The notes beneath the pieces are model-generated. The model made no database searches and was not told the DNA's origin. It was given only the letters and a program-made list of their open reading frames with translations. From Macrostomum lignano (Eukaryota): a stretch of DNA of 64,000 nt. The first letter of the stretch is position 1, and every line of letters starts with the position of its first letter. The stretch is taken from positions 62,001 to 126,000 of the forward strand of contig NIVC01000592.1 in NCBI GenBank assembly GCA_002269645.1. Reading direction: 5' to 3'. A program made the position numbers and the translations under genes. Below, piece by piece: positions 37,741 through 48,819 of this stretch.

Positions 37741-38329
37741 GATCAGTAAGTACAAATTATCCAACAGAACTTCTCAAGCCATCGCAGATCTGTAATTAAT
37801 ATTTTTAACGCAATAACGACAAGCAGGTAAACAGAATTAGTGTTTTTAATTGTAGGCATCAAAATGATTTGGCCATAAAGGAGGTCCACAGTAGTCCGAT
37901 GCGAATCTATTTCTGCCAACCTGCAGGCATATAAAAATATCCATAAAAAAGGCAAAACAAAAACAAAATCAAACGAGACCTACTCTTGCTTACCTACTCT
38001 TGACCTACTCTGACGAGTAGGAAGTCATTTCAGAGGCGGTGGGCAACGCTTGCAGATTCAAGCTGCACTGTACAGAGGAATGTTTGTTTGTCAGTGTACA
38101 CAAAAAGTACAAAAACTCTATATGAGATTCAATAGACGCAGCCAAATTTGCATTTTAAATACTTGAGCGAGTAACTACGATAGAGAAACAATCGGATTTG
38201 ATACATAAAATACAAGCAAACTCTTTACTTGCTACTTACAGTATGCAGGGAATGGCTTAATTCACATTTTGTACAAATTTTGAAATTCAGCTCAATAAAT
38301 GTGTGTGTGAAAGTCTTCCTGCAATAGTC

Positions 38330-39295
38330 CTTGTACAGCTCCCTTCTCAATCCCTGCACAGCCCCCTTCTCAGTCCCTACACAGCTCCCCTCTCAATCCC
38401 TGCACAGCTCCCTTCTCAGTCCATACAAAGCTCCCTTCTCAATCCCTGCACAGCCCCCTTCTCAGTCCCTACACAGCTCCCTCTCAATCCCTGCACAGCT
38501 CCCTTCTCAGTCCATACAAAGCTCCCTTATTAATCCCTGCACAGCTCCCTTCTCAGTCCCTACACAGCTCCTTTCTTAATCCCTGCACAGCTCCCTTCTC
38601 AGTCCCTACACAGCTCCCTTATTAATCCCTACACAGCTCCCTTCTTAATCCCTACACAGCTCCCCTCTCAGTCCCTACACAGCTCCCTTCTCAATCCCTG
38701 CAAAGCTCCCTTCTCAATCCCTACACAGCTCCCTTCTCAATCCATACACAGCTCCCTTCTCAATCCCTGCACAGCTCCCTTCTCAGTCCCTACACAGCTC
38801 CTTTCTTAATCCCTGCACAGCTCCCTTCTCAGTCCCTACACAGCTCCCTTCTTAATCCCTACACAGCTCCCTTCTTAATCCCTACACAGCTCCCCTCTCA
38901 GTCCCTACACAGCTCCCTTCTCAATCCCTGCAAAGCTCCCCTCTCAGTCCCTACACAGCTCCCTTCTCAATCCCTGCAAAGCTCCCTTCTCAATCCCTAC
39001 ACAGCTCCCTTCTCAATCCCTACACAGCTCCCTTCTCAATCCCTACACAGCTCCCTTCTCAATCCCTACACAGCTCCCTTCTCAATTCCTGCACAGCTCC
39101 TTTCTTAATCCCTGCACAGCTCCCTTCTCAATCCCTGCACAGCTCCCTTCTCAATCCCTACACAGCTCCCTTCTCAATTCCTGCACAGCTCCTTTCTTAA
39201 TCCCTGCACAGCTCTCTCTTTTTATCCCTGCACAGCTCCCTTCTCAATCCCTGCTAGCTCCCTTCTCAATTCCTGCACAGCTCCCTTCTCGATCC
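38330..39295. repeat. 23-bp minisatellite CAGCTCCCTTCTCAATCCCTRCA
   Basis: Tandem array. Confidence 0.95.
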
Positions 39296-39533
39296 CTCTA
39301 AAATATCCATCAAGTCAACAGTTTCATGAATATGAAAAGCAAGTCCCGCCAGTTAATAAATAAATAATACAAAAATAAAAATACAACGCACCAACTTTGC
39401 TACTCAGTCGAGTAGGCAGCAACGCATGCAAACAAATTATAATGGAAATATTCAGTGAAGGTGAAGTCGAATTGGAATTATGTTCTGTAATACCGCTCAG
39501 TCTGGTTTGCAGAGGATGAAGGCAAAGAAGGCC

Positions 39534-41173
39534 TCATACAGCCGATTCGTTCTGCCTTCGGCCTTGTCTGTCAGGCCGCGCAACCTGCTGATGCTGCTGA
39601 TGCTGTAACTGATGAAGCTGAAGCTGATGCCGAGTACTGTCGTGGGAGTTCAAGTGCCGATTTGAAGGAGACTGGGGTCCCGCGCCTCCAGCCCCGTTTG
39701 AAAATCCGTTGCCCACTGGGCCACTCAGCCAGGCTGGCCGCTCCTCTTCAGCGTAGCAACTCTCAAATGCAGTGTTGTAGTGCCCGGTCTCCATGCGGTG
39801 ATAGACACTGGGGTTCAGGGTGAGCCCGCCTGTCGTGTCTATGCCCCCACCGCCGCCATTGCTGCAGGCATCGCCAGAAGTCAGGGCCCGATTGATGGAG
39901 CGCTGACGGCGGAACTTCCGTCTGCATTGTTATTGAGGGTATCTTAGGACACGAAATAGCTGATCATGTCTGCCCTGCCCTGCGTTCTCTGCCCTAGCCC
40001 TGTGTTCTCTGCCCCTTGTCTGCCCTGCCCTGTGTTCTCTGCCCCTTGTCTGCCCTAGCCCTGTGTTCTCTGCCCCTTGTCTGCCCTAGCCCTGTGTTCT
40101 CTGCCCCTTGTCTGCCCTGCCCTGTGTTCTCTGCCCCTTGTCTGCCCTAGCCCTGTGTTCTCTGCCCCTTGTCTGCCCTGCCCTGTGTTCTCAGCCCTTT
40201 TCCCCCTTCTGTCTACTCTACTCGGCTGCCTACCTTTCTGCTCCAATATTTTCTCTTCCTCGTTTTCTACTTCTCTCTCTAACTATGTAAATTCTCTTCC
40301 ATCGATTATGCACATTTTTGCCTACTCTCACATCCTGTCCACTTTCACATCCTGTCTACTCTGATATCCTGTCTACTCTCACATCTTATCTACTCTCACA
40401 CCCTGTCTACTCTCTCATCCTATCTACTCTCACACCGTGTCTACTCTCACGTCCAGTTTACTCTCTCATCCTGTCTACTCTCACATCCTGTTTACTCTCT
40501 CATCCCCTGTCTACTCTCACATCCTGTCTACTCTCACATCCTGTCTACTCTCACATCCTGTCTACTCTCACATCCTGTCTACTCTCACATCCTGTCTACT
40601 CTCACATCCTGTCTACTCTCACATCCTGTCTACTCTCACATCCTGTCTACTCTCACACCCTGTCTACTCTCACATCCTGTCTACTCTCACATCCTGTCTA
40701 CTCTCACACCCTGTCTACTCTCACATCCTGTCTACTCTCACATCCTGTCTACTCTCACATCCTGTCTACTCTCACATCCTGTCTACTCTCACATCCTGTC
40801 CACTCCCACCCTGTCCACTCACACCCTGTCCACTCACATCCTGTCTACTCTCACATCCTGTCTACTCTAACTCTCACATCCTGTCTACTCTCACATCCTG
40901 TCTACTCTCACATCCTGTCTACTCTCACATATACTTTGAGCAGCCGCACCTGATGGAGGCGGAGAATCTTCCTATAGATTGCTGCAGCCTCTCGGCCCGG
41001 CCGGGCAGCCCCCGGCCAGTGTGCAGCGGCCTGTTGATTTCGGCAGCCGAGGTGGGCTGGTAGCGCCTGCGCCCCCAGAACCTGGCGCAGCAGCAGCAGA
41101 CAAGCAGGCTGACAGTGAAGCAGGCAATCAATGCTATGACTGACAGCACTGAGGTCTGCACAGCTGGGTCCAT
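39534..41173 (-). CDS. Uncharacterised single-pass membrane protein (203 aa) with a CCCC juxtamembrane cluster and C-terminal PDZ-binding motif; exons 40950-41173 and 39534-39921
   Basis: MDPAVQTSVLSVIALIACFTVSLLVCCCCARFWGRRRY.., then a phase-2 GT-AG junction (ATCAG|GTGCGG ... TGCAG|ACGG) joining in frame to RKFRRQRS..YHRMETGHYNTAFESCY..QNESAV*. A 3' splice site 2 nt before the ATG means upstream exons are possible. Confidence 0.75.
39965..40930. repeat. Two intronic minisatellites: GCCCTGTGTTCTCTGCCCCTTGTCT-like (39965-40195) and CATCCTGTCTACTCTCA (40320-40930)
   Basis: Direct reading. Confidence 0.93.
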
Positions 41174-43130
41174 CTCTGCTTGGCAAGGATTAGTTCAGAG
41201 AGATGGAAAGGAGAAAGAAGGCCTGTCCAAGTGGCATTAGCTCCTGTAATTGGTAAGAAGGAAAATGAATGAATGAATTAATTAAACTAGGACATCCTGA
41301 CTTGCATCATATATCCATGATTTTCATGGCTAAACAAAATCACAGTGGCTGGTGGTAAGCCTTTGTTGTGTGTTATTCATATTAATAGATCAGTTCCTTT
41401 TTTAAGTAAGCACCCAAACTAGAAAGCTAAGGTACAGTTACATGTAAAATTTTGCTGCTTCTGAAAATAATCTTTTTTTATTTACAATGAGTAGATATTA
41501 GGCCTATTCAAGCTTTATTACTCAATAATAATACTCATCTTTTATTTTCCCATGCTGCATACTCATTATTCAACATTTTAAAACCAATATTAAAATCCTT
41601 ACTTTTGAAAATTAGTCAAGTAATAAAAAGTTACATATAAAAACATTTTTGTATCCTAATTTTTGCTTAAATTTTTGTAATGTATTTTGTCTATTAGGCA
41701 CTATGATCATTTTCGCCCCAAAACTTTGGCTTTTACTAATAATGTTTATAATATTTTTAGTTAACCAATTTCTAATTGGTTGTTTTTAAGTCTGTTTAGT
41801 TTTTTATCCTTTATCTATTGATAAAAGTAAATCTAAAAATGCTAAAATAGTGAAAACCTACTTGGCAACAATGCCTAAAAGTTAGTCTTGGGCCTAAAAT
41901 GCATTGGAGCCATAGAAAAACATTCTATGTTATAACTAGATCCTTTAATTCATTTTTTGTAGTAGGCCTAGACATAATAATTAATTATAGTCAATTTAAT
42001 AGTTATAAGGGCCCTAGTCCATAATGTTAGGCCCTAATGGCTATAACCTATAAGCATGCAGCATAGCATAGGGCCTACACATAGCATAATAGCATGTAAT
42101 AATAATAACTAGGCCCTAGCAAGGATAATAGTAGGTATTCCTAATATGCCCAAAGGCCAAAGGCATTGATAAAGTGTGAAGCTTGTATCATAAGAACTCC
42201 TTTAAATGTGAGGAAAACAATGCATCACTGGTTCCTCATATATTGTGAAACTTGGTCTTTGCATGGGCCCAGGTGCCATCAACTAGGTTCATATAAATAT
42301 GTGGTGCATTGGGGTCTATATTAGGTCTATACTATACTAGGGAAGCTAGGATTTAGAAAAGCCTCTCCTTTAATTAATGTTCCAACTATTTATACAATTA
42401 TAGTTCAAACAAAAAAGGGAATTTTTAAAATGTCAAGAATTTTATGAATAAAATAGGAAAATTGCTGAACAATAAAATTTTCTTGATTTCCTCTCTGACT
42501 TTATATTTAGAAATATTTAGAAAGTTAAGAAATTCATTAAAAATTATTCAAATTCATTTTTAATAGTCCTAATAGTTTTAATAGGCTTCTCAATTTAATA
42601 TTTTTAATAGATAGTCACACACACACACAGACAAACCATTTTTAGTATATGGCCATGGGATATATAACAAACTATAGGGTCTAATTTTCTTTTAACATCA
42701 TTCATCATACTTTTACATCATGCCAAATAAGTTAATCTGATCTGACAAATCCTCTCTCTTATTAAATCTCTTAAATCTAGCTAAATAAGTGATAATAATA
42801 AGCCTTTGTTGTTTGCCAAATGCCAACTATAACTAACATATTATAGACTTAGTATTTTCCTTGGTGTGATACTTCCCATGCATTTCTAAATTTAAAATTT
42901 GCCAGTTAAGTATGTAAATTTAAGCAAAAAAACTCCGCGTTTTTATTTATAAGAAGCTTATAATAAAAAAACTAACACTACGCATCTTCGTAGAAACCTT
43001 TCTCCTGGTTTCATTTATAGACGTGTTTCATTATTGTAAATTTGATAAAATCTGAGCTTAATGTTAGCATACTATGGCGGTCTCAGCATGCCTGTGTAGT
43101 ATGAGACAGACAAGGCTCACAATCACAAGC

Positions 43131-44500
43131 TAAGGTTTGCGATCCTACACACCTGCACCCTCTATTCTGGTGCAGGAATGGCAGGAGAACTCTCTACAAG
43201 TTGACTCACAAGCCGATCTACGTCCAGCATGTAAAGCAGCTCTAGTTCTGCTGGGCTCCGTTGGCGGCAACCCAATCCGTGGCCTTGGCTTCTGTCTTGT
43301 CCGATTTGGGTACGGTGCACCTGTTCGTATCAGGTACCTCTGGCCACGGTTCTGAGGAACAGGTATCAGTATCACCCTCGATCTGACCTTAACAGGGTAT
43401 CGGCCAGTCCGCAGGCTCCAGAGACAGCCTTTTTGTCCTCCCTCAAAGACCCATTGTAGCACCGCGCGATGGACCTTTAGTTCGGCCTCTGGTTTCAAAC
43501 CGGGCTCTTAGCCGGGGAGTTTCCCGGTTGCTAGTGGTCGGGCGGGTAAAGCTAAACCTCCCGGTCGCTATTCTTTTGGCTGTCTGTTGGGTTTGGGGTA
43601 CGGCCCAGCAGCTTCTCACCTCTTAATTAGTCCCCATTCACCTTTAAGCGACTCATGGAGTATTCATTTACTTCCGACGCGTCCCCTGATGCTGCTGGAG
43701 CACTAACTGCGAGGTTGGTACTGCGCAGCCAGACATTCGCAACACCGGAACTTCCGGTGACTCTCAACCAGCCCCTGCCGCCATTCAGGACACTGCCGAA
43801 GTGGCTGGATAATAGGACCGGGGACCTCGGACCTCTAAGAAGAAGGCCCATAGCATTGCTCGCTACCAGGGACAACTCCCATGCACCTGGTCAAGATGGC
43901 CTTGAGCGGTACCGTCATTTCAAGTCCTTTAGACGAAAGTCGAGGACCAGGCCCTTCACATCCAGCCCGCCGACAGCCAGTCTGGGCAGCAGCTTCTCGA
44001 AATGCTGAAAGCCTTCGACTGGGATACGGAGCTGGAAAATCTGTTCATCTACAGGGAGGACGAGCGACCCCGGACACACCGGCACCGTGTCTGGATTCCG
44101 GCTCGCAGTTCCATCACCAAGGCCGACGAGCTGCACCGCCTGCTAGTGCTCCAATCCAGAGCTGCTGGCCAATGGCGTCGTAGTTCACGAGAACATCTCC
44201 AAGCCGGGTGGAGACGGTTTCACGGCAATCCTCGGACTGTCGGATAGCTGGATGCTCTCTGTCTCTGTCGGGCTGATGCGGAATTCTCATTCACGGCCCC
44301 GGTGGCGGCCCCGAGGGAGCCGATGGAACTGGAGTCTGGAGCCATCGGCGAGGCAGAAGAGGCAGCTCTCCTGCACAACTCGCCCTGAGCCAGCAGGAAG
44401 CTGTGCGGACCACCCGTGGAATCTCTGGAGTGGACATCCTGCAGCTTAAGCTGCACCCACTGCATCGCGGCCTCGGCAAACATGATGCAAGCGGCAAACG
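43131..44500 (+). mobile_element. Decayed 5' portion of an R1-clade-like non-LTR retrotransposon (5' UTR, DUF4780-like ORF1, start of the APE endonuclease)
   Basis: ORF1 segment ..WDTELENLFIYREDERPRTHRHRVWIP..ELHRLLVLQ/NPELLANGVVV..GDGFTAILGL (frameshift at ~44153) resembles DUF4780. 44430-44495 reads ILQLKLH/CIAASANMMQ, like the LQxNLHHCxAASA start of R1-type ORF2. Family assignment is by recall, not by a search. Confidence 0.65.
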
Positions 44501-44830
44501 AGCTATTCGAAAGCCATATGCCAAGTGTATCAATGCCAAGGGAAAAAAGCCTCAATGTGGGGTTGTGAGGCTGAGCTGTATCTTCTGTTTCCGAGTGGCC
44601 TGTGAGGCGTGGTGACAGCGACGGTGACAGTGATGAGTGAAGAGGACCCCCTTTAGGTTTATTTAATAAGCAGGTTCCGAATTCGATGGCTAGCGCCTCC
44701 CTGCTCAGACCGATCAGGTCTTGAATCTTTCCGCCAGCTCTGGAATAAAATCGGCTGTCGCACTGGCAGAAGCTTCCCTGCGGCCGACCCGGTGGTTAAG
44801 ACCTCCAGCCAACAGGCTACAGTTGCCGGC
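44496..44830 (+). repeat. Unidentified dispersed repeat, copy 1 (copy 2 at 53610-53925)
   Basis: Shared blocks GTGTATCAATGCCAAGGGAAAA, GTGAAGAGGACCC, AATTCGATGGCTAGCGCCTCCCTGCTCA, GCTCTGGAATAAAA and CAGCCAACAGGC in the same order. Confidence 0.85.
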
Positions 44831-45997
44831 ATCCTCCTTAGAGGCAGAAGAGGCGGCTTCCGCTCTCCTCTGTTTTCCACTTTGCGCCGGCGGAATTCCT
44901 GGAAGCGAGCGATGCTACGGGCCTTCTTCTTAGAGATGTGGAGCCTGCTGCCCTGTGGTCGTGTCATTTCGGTATTATGCTGAGTGCCGGCGGGGCTATT
45001 AGAGTGGGATGCACCAAAAGTTCATAAGTTGCTGCAAAAATCCGCTTGACCAACCGTACCAACCTCGGTTGGCGTTCCAGAATAACGACCGTGAGGTGGC
45101 TTAAGCTCTTACCGACCTATAAGTTTCCTAGTTGGCCGCAAACTAAGAACCTTACATATGATTAATAGTAACTCAAACGACGTATTGTAGAATATGCTTG
45201 GATGTTATTTACCGATCAACCATATAATTATATTTACTACTGCATTTTCAATGTTTGTATTAATAAGTAAATAAGCAAATAAGCGAGCTACAAGCAGGGA
45301 GAATAAGTCTGAGACACTACGGTATAACTAAGCTACTCAAACACTCCTATTAATCTATTATAAATATATATATAAATTACGCCTATCTACTTGGTCTGAG
45401 ACCGATACGCTACTATTCATAAATCTATCGTCATGGCAGTGCTCAGTCTTACCCTCCGGTCACAGGTGTCTGCAGAAGCGGTCGTCGTGATTTAGAAACT
45501 ATTAAGCAATCCAAAAGTTAATACAAGGCGTGTAAAAGAGAGTGAAAAGAGAGTGAGAAAAGGTAAAGTTTTAGACATTTAACCCCTCGCTTATTTATAG
45601 TAAATTTCCCCGATGAAGTCCCTGTGAAACTGTCTGCGTTATCATTTCTCACGTCTTCCAGCCACCGCGCAATTCCGGCCGATTCTCACGGTTCCCCTTT
45701 CTCGTGCGATTTCTGAAATGCCTCTGTTAAAAATGTAATTGAACCCCGCCCCACATAAAGGCATACAAGCCCTCTAAAGTGGAAGCAGACTTTTAGGGCG
45801 GCCTGCACTCGCCCTTTGCAATGCCGTCATCAAGCACTTGTGGCTTTTTGTAAGAGTGCAGCTGTCCACAACTGCTACACTCCACCACGCTCTGATAACA
45901 ATGCAATTCCCTAATTTTCGAAATCCTAAGTCCTATTCCTAATAGTTCCTACGATAGTCCCTAAATGTCGGTTGATTACCATCCTTATATTACGACC

Positions 45998-46735
45998 CTA
46001 CCACTAGCAACCGAGAAGCTCCCCGCTAGGAGCCCAGCCAGAGGCCGAACCAATGGTCCATCAGCACGGTGCTTCCCACCGGGCTCTTGAGAGAGACGAG
46101 GAGGCTGCCTACGGAGCCTGCGGACTTGCCGCATACCAAGCAAAGTATTGTGTAACCAAGGCTTGAAGTTTTCCAGTTGAGTTGAACAGTAAAGTGCTAG
46201 GTGCGTACAGTTGCTTTATTTATATTTTTGTTATTTAAGAAAAACTACATGATCGATATTTTAACTACACTAGAAAAACTGCACGATCGATAAATTCAAG
46301 AGCTAGAGATATCACGTGATTAATAATACATTATACAGATAATTTATCAACTACTCTACTTAAAGTGGCAGTATAAGTAATAGACAATAATAATAATATA
46401 GGTAGCATTTACGTTATAGTAGAAATATTCGTAAAATATTATCTATCATTAAGTTGGTCTGTCAGGTTACACGACACAACGCTAAGGTCAGAGGGTAGAA
46501 TCTGTTTCTAAGAGCCGCAGCTCTGAAGAACACGGCCAAGTCAAAAGCCAAGGCCACGGATAGATTGCCGCCGCCGGACCCCTGTCCTACAACTGCCTGA
46601 ACACGTGCGAGGGACGCGAACCCTTGGGTCGGCTTGTGAGTCAGTTTGGAACCCAAGCCCAAACTTCTCCGGCTATTGGGTGCAGTTGTGTAGCATCGCA
46701 GAAGCCTATCCACAACCCCCTAGCAACTAGTATCC
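45998..46735 (-). mobile_element. Fragment of the R1-like element 5' UTR, interrupted by an AT-rich insert
   Basis: CCAGAGGCCGAAC, GGAGCCTGCGGACT and AAGCCAAGGCCACGGAT are the reverse complement of blocks in 43131-43540. Confidence 0.7.
46151..46471. mobile_element. Possible solo LTR or MITE (TGTAACC...GGTTACA termini)
   Basis: 7-bp terminal inverted repeat with TG..CA ends that interrupts the R1-like UTR. No clear TSD. Confidence 0.35.
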
Positions 46736-47373
46736 GCTTCTTTCTTCGATTGGCGGATTTCATCAAAGCAAAGTTGATCTCTCTTAAATTAATCTCCTAC
46801 CTCAGTCCCGTGTCTTCCGTTATTTTTTGTGCCATCTCTAGCACTACCATCTGTTATAATGTACATAATGTACAATGCTCTTCTGTCAGATTTGCGTCCA
46901 AAAACAATCTTATACCGTCAGTCATATCGACAGAATTAAGTCTCATTGTTACACCTGCAGACAACTGGAGTTTGAGCGGACTCGATTTTCGGATGTTGTC
47001 TGCGTGGATTTCACTCCATCCATGGCCTGTTAATATCCAGACCACTGATGCCCATTATAGCAAATTGTAAGCAAATGATGGTTGAAATGGAAGATGTCTT
47101 GCTGTCTTGTGTCTGCTTGCCTTACAGAGATTAAATAACCACTGATAAAAAACTTATTCTCAGAATATTGTAAGCAAAACATTTTATTATTGTCTTCAGT
47201 TAGTCATTATATTTTGAAAAATGCACCGAAGTGCTACAAGAAAGTCAGTCTGACTAAAATATCTACTTTGAATTTCTCAATTGTTGCTTCAGTTATGAAA
47301 TCCAGCTCAGTTTGATGTCGAACTCAGCAGGCGCCGCAGACCAAAAGGGTCAAATTCAATTAGCAATTCAGTT

Positions 47374-48699
47374 TCACACCTGCAGCATCATCTGCATCGC
47401 ACGGAGGGCCTTCCAGCTTCCAATGCAATACGAGGCCATGTAGGAGGCACCGGTCGTCAGCGTGGTTGAGTACACACCGTTCGGGTTGAACCTCATCCAG
47501 CGGCCCCACCAGAAGCCGCCGCTCCCATATTTGGTGCTGCAGCTGTAAGAAGCAGCATCGTTGTCCCTGTCGAAGGTGGAGAACTGCTGGCCTCGATGGT
47601 GAAACAAAAAGTCGCAGCTGATGGTGGAGTTGGAGCTGAGGAAGCTGCCGAAGTTCATCCTGTAGTTCGTGCTGGAGTCTCCGACGGAAAAGCCGAGATA
47701 CGTGAACGCGTAGAACTCTCCCGCGAAGGTCTGGGCCTCGACTCTCAAGTTTCTCGAGCTGGTCGCAGTCACATTGTGGATATTTTCAAGACCTGCAATT
47801 TTCGTTGTCACGAAATTGCACGGTTCGAATGAAGAATTTCACCAAGCAGGTAATGCCTTGCATTTGGCACTGAAGATACTCACCAGCCCAGAACTCCGTG
47901 GCATCTCCGAAGCCGCTGACGTAGTCATCCCAGTTCCTGTTGAAGGCAATTTGACCCGTCTGTCTCTGCTGGAACACCCAGAATGTCCGGCCGCCGATCC
48001 GCTGCCGGTATCCGTGACTCATGACGGGAAAAACTGGAGGGGTGAACGGAGTGCGCGTTGGTCGCATGAGTGCGAGCTGTTAGTGCAGTGGCAGTGCTGA
48101 GTTGGTAAACTTTATCGATTGTGTCAACTGCTGGTTTAAATGACTTTCTGGTTCAACTTCAATTTTGTAATGCTCTCGGACATACGCATTATGCATAGCT
48201 ATGGGGAGTGTGTGAGGAATTTGTGAAGAGTGTGTAAGAAGTGTATCTGAAGTGCATGGACAGTGCATGGACATGGACAGCTTGATTGAAATTCACAGTG
48301 CCTAAAGTAGTGACCCTTCTAAAGCAATAGTAGAACTGAATTAGCAATAAGTGTTCACCAGTATTCTTGCGCTTCTACTGCACGGTCGCAGCACCGGATG
48401 CGGTGTAACAAGCACTGTGGGACAGGACGCAGACTCCGTTGATGAAGCTGTAGGAGAGGCTGTCGCCGGCCTGAGCGCATTTCACTGCGCACTCGACGTC
48501 GCTGCGAGCGCTCACGGTGACTGAGCTCGCATTGCAGGAGGCGGACGCGGTGACTGCGTCGAACTCGAAGGCTGTTTGAGAGAGGAGGGTTGAGCAGAGG
48601 ATGAGCTAGGACTCAACTATTCCTAGATATTCCAGGAAACTTACCCTGCTCAGCTGCAAGAGCTGCAGCGAACTGAGCAACGAGAAGCAGAGTGAGCAT
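47374..48699 (-). pseudogene. PAN/apple-like + fibrinogen-related domain gene, copy 1 (nonsense codon in exon 2); exons 48645-48699, 48359-48571, 47884-48033, 47374-47792
   Basis: Same 4-exon, all phase-1 structure as copies 2 and 3. TAG at 48377-48375 where copy 3 has TGG. The conserved WWxxC Cys is replaced by Trp (WWGRW). Confidence 0.85.
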
Positions 48700-48778
48700 G
48701 CTTTTGAGCTGCTTGCAGAGCTGATGAGGATTCTGCAGATCTCGAGCCGGTCTCAGGCCGCCGCTTTCGATGTGGCCG

Positions 48779-48819
48779 CTAAATAGCCCTGCCGTGTTTG
48801 CCGCTCCGCTCCTAGCAAC
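48779..48819 (-). promoter_or_regulatory. Conserved proximal promoter of FReD copy 1 (GTTGCTAGG X-box-like half site and TATTTAG TATA-like box); same at 52724-52765 and 61793-61833
   Basis: The block GCGTTGCTAGGAGCGGAGCG..CACGGCAGGGCTATTTAGCGG is retained 80-130 nt upstream of all three ATGs while flanks diverge. Confidence 0.5.

Noticed and set aside
46854-47045. Apparently conserved ORF GHxWSEIxxDNIRKS in three flank copies (also 57810-58178 and 54745-54810)
   Set aside because: One copy has stops and a frameshift and the lengths differ. Similarity is explained by duplication of the flank.
48715-48760. CTGATGA hammerhead core (also at ~61733)
   Set aside because: No GAAA partner or closing stems, and the sequence is the antisense of the FReD 5' UTR.
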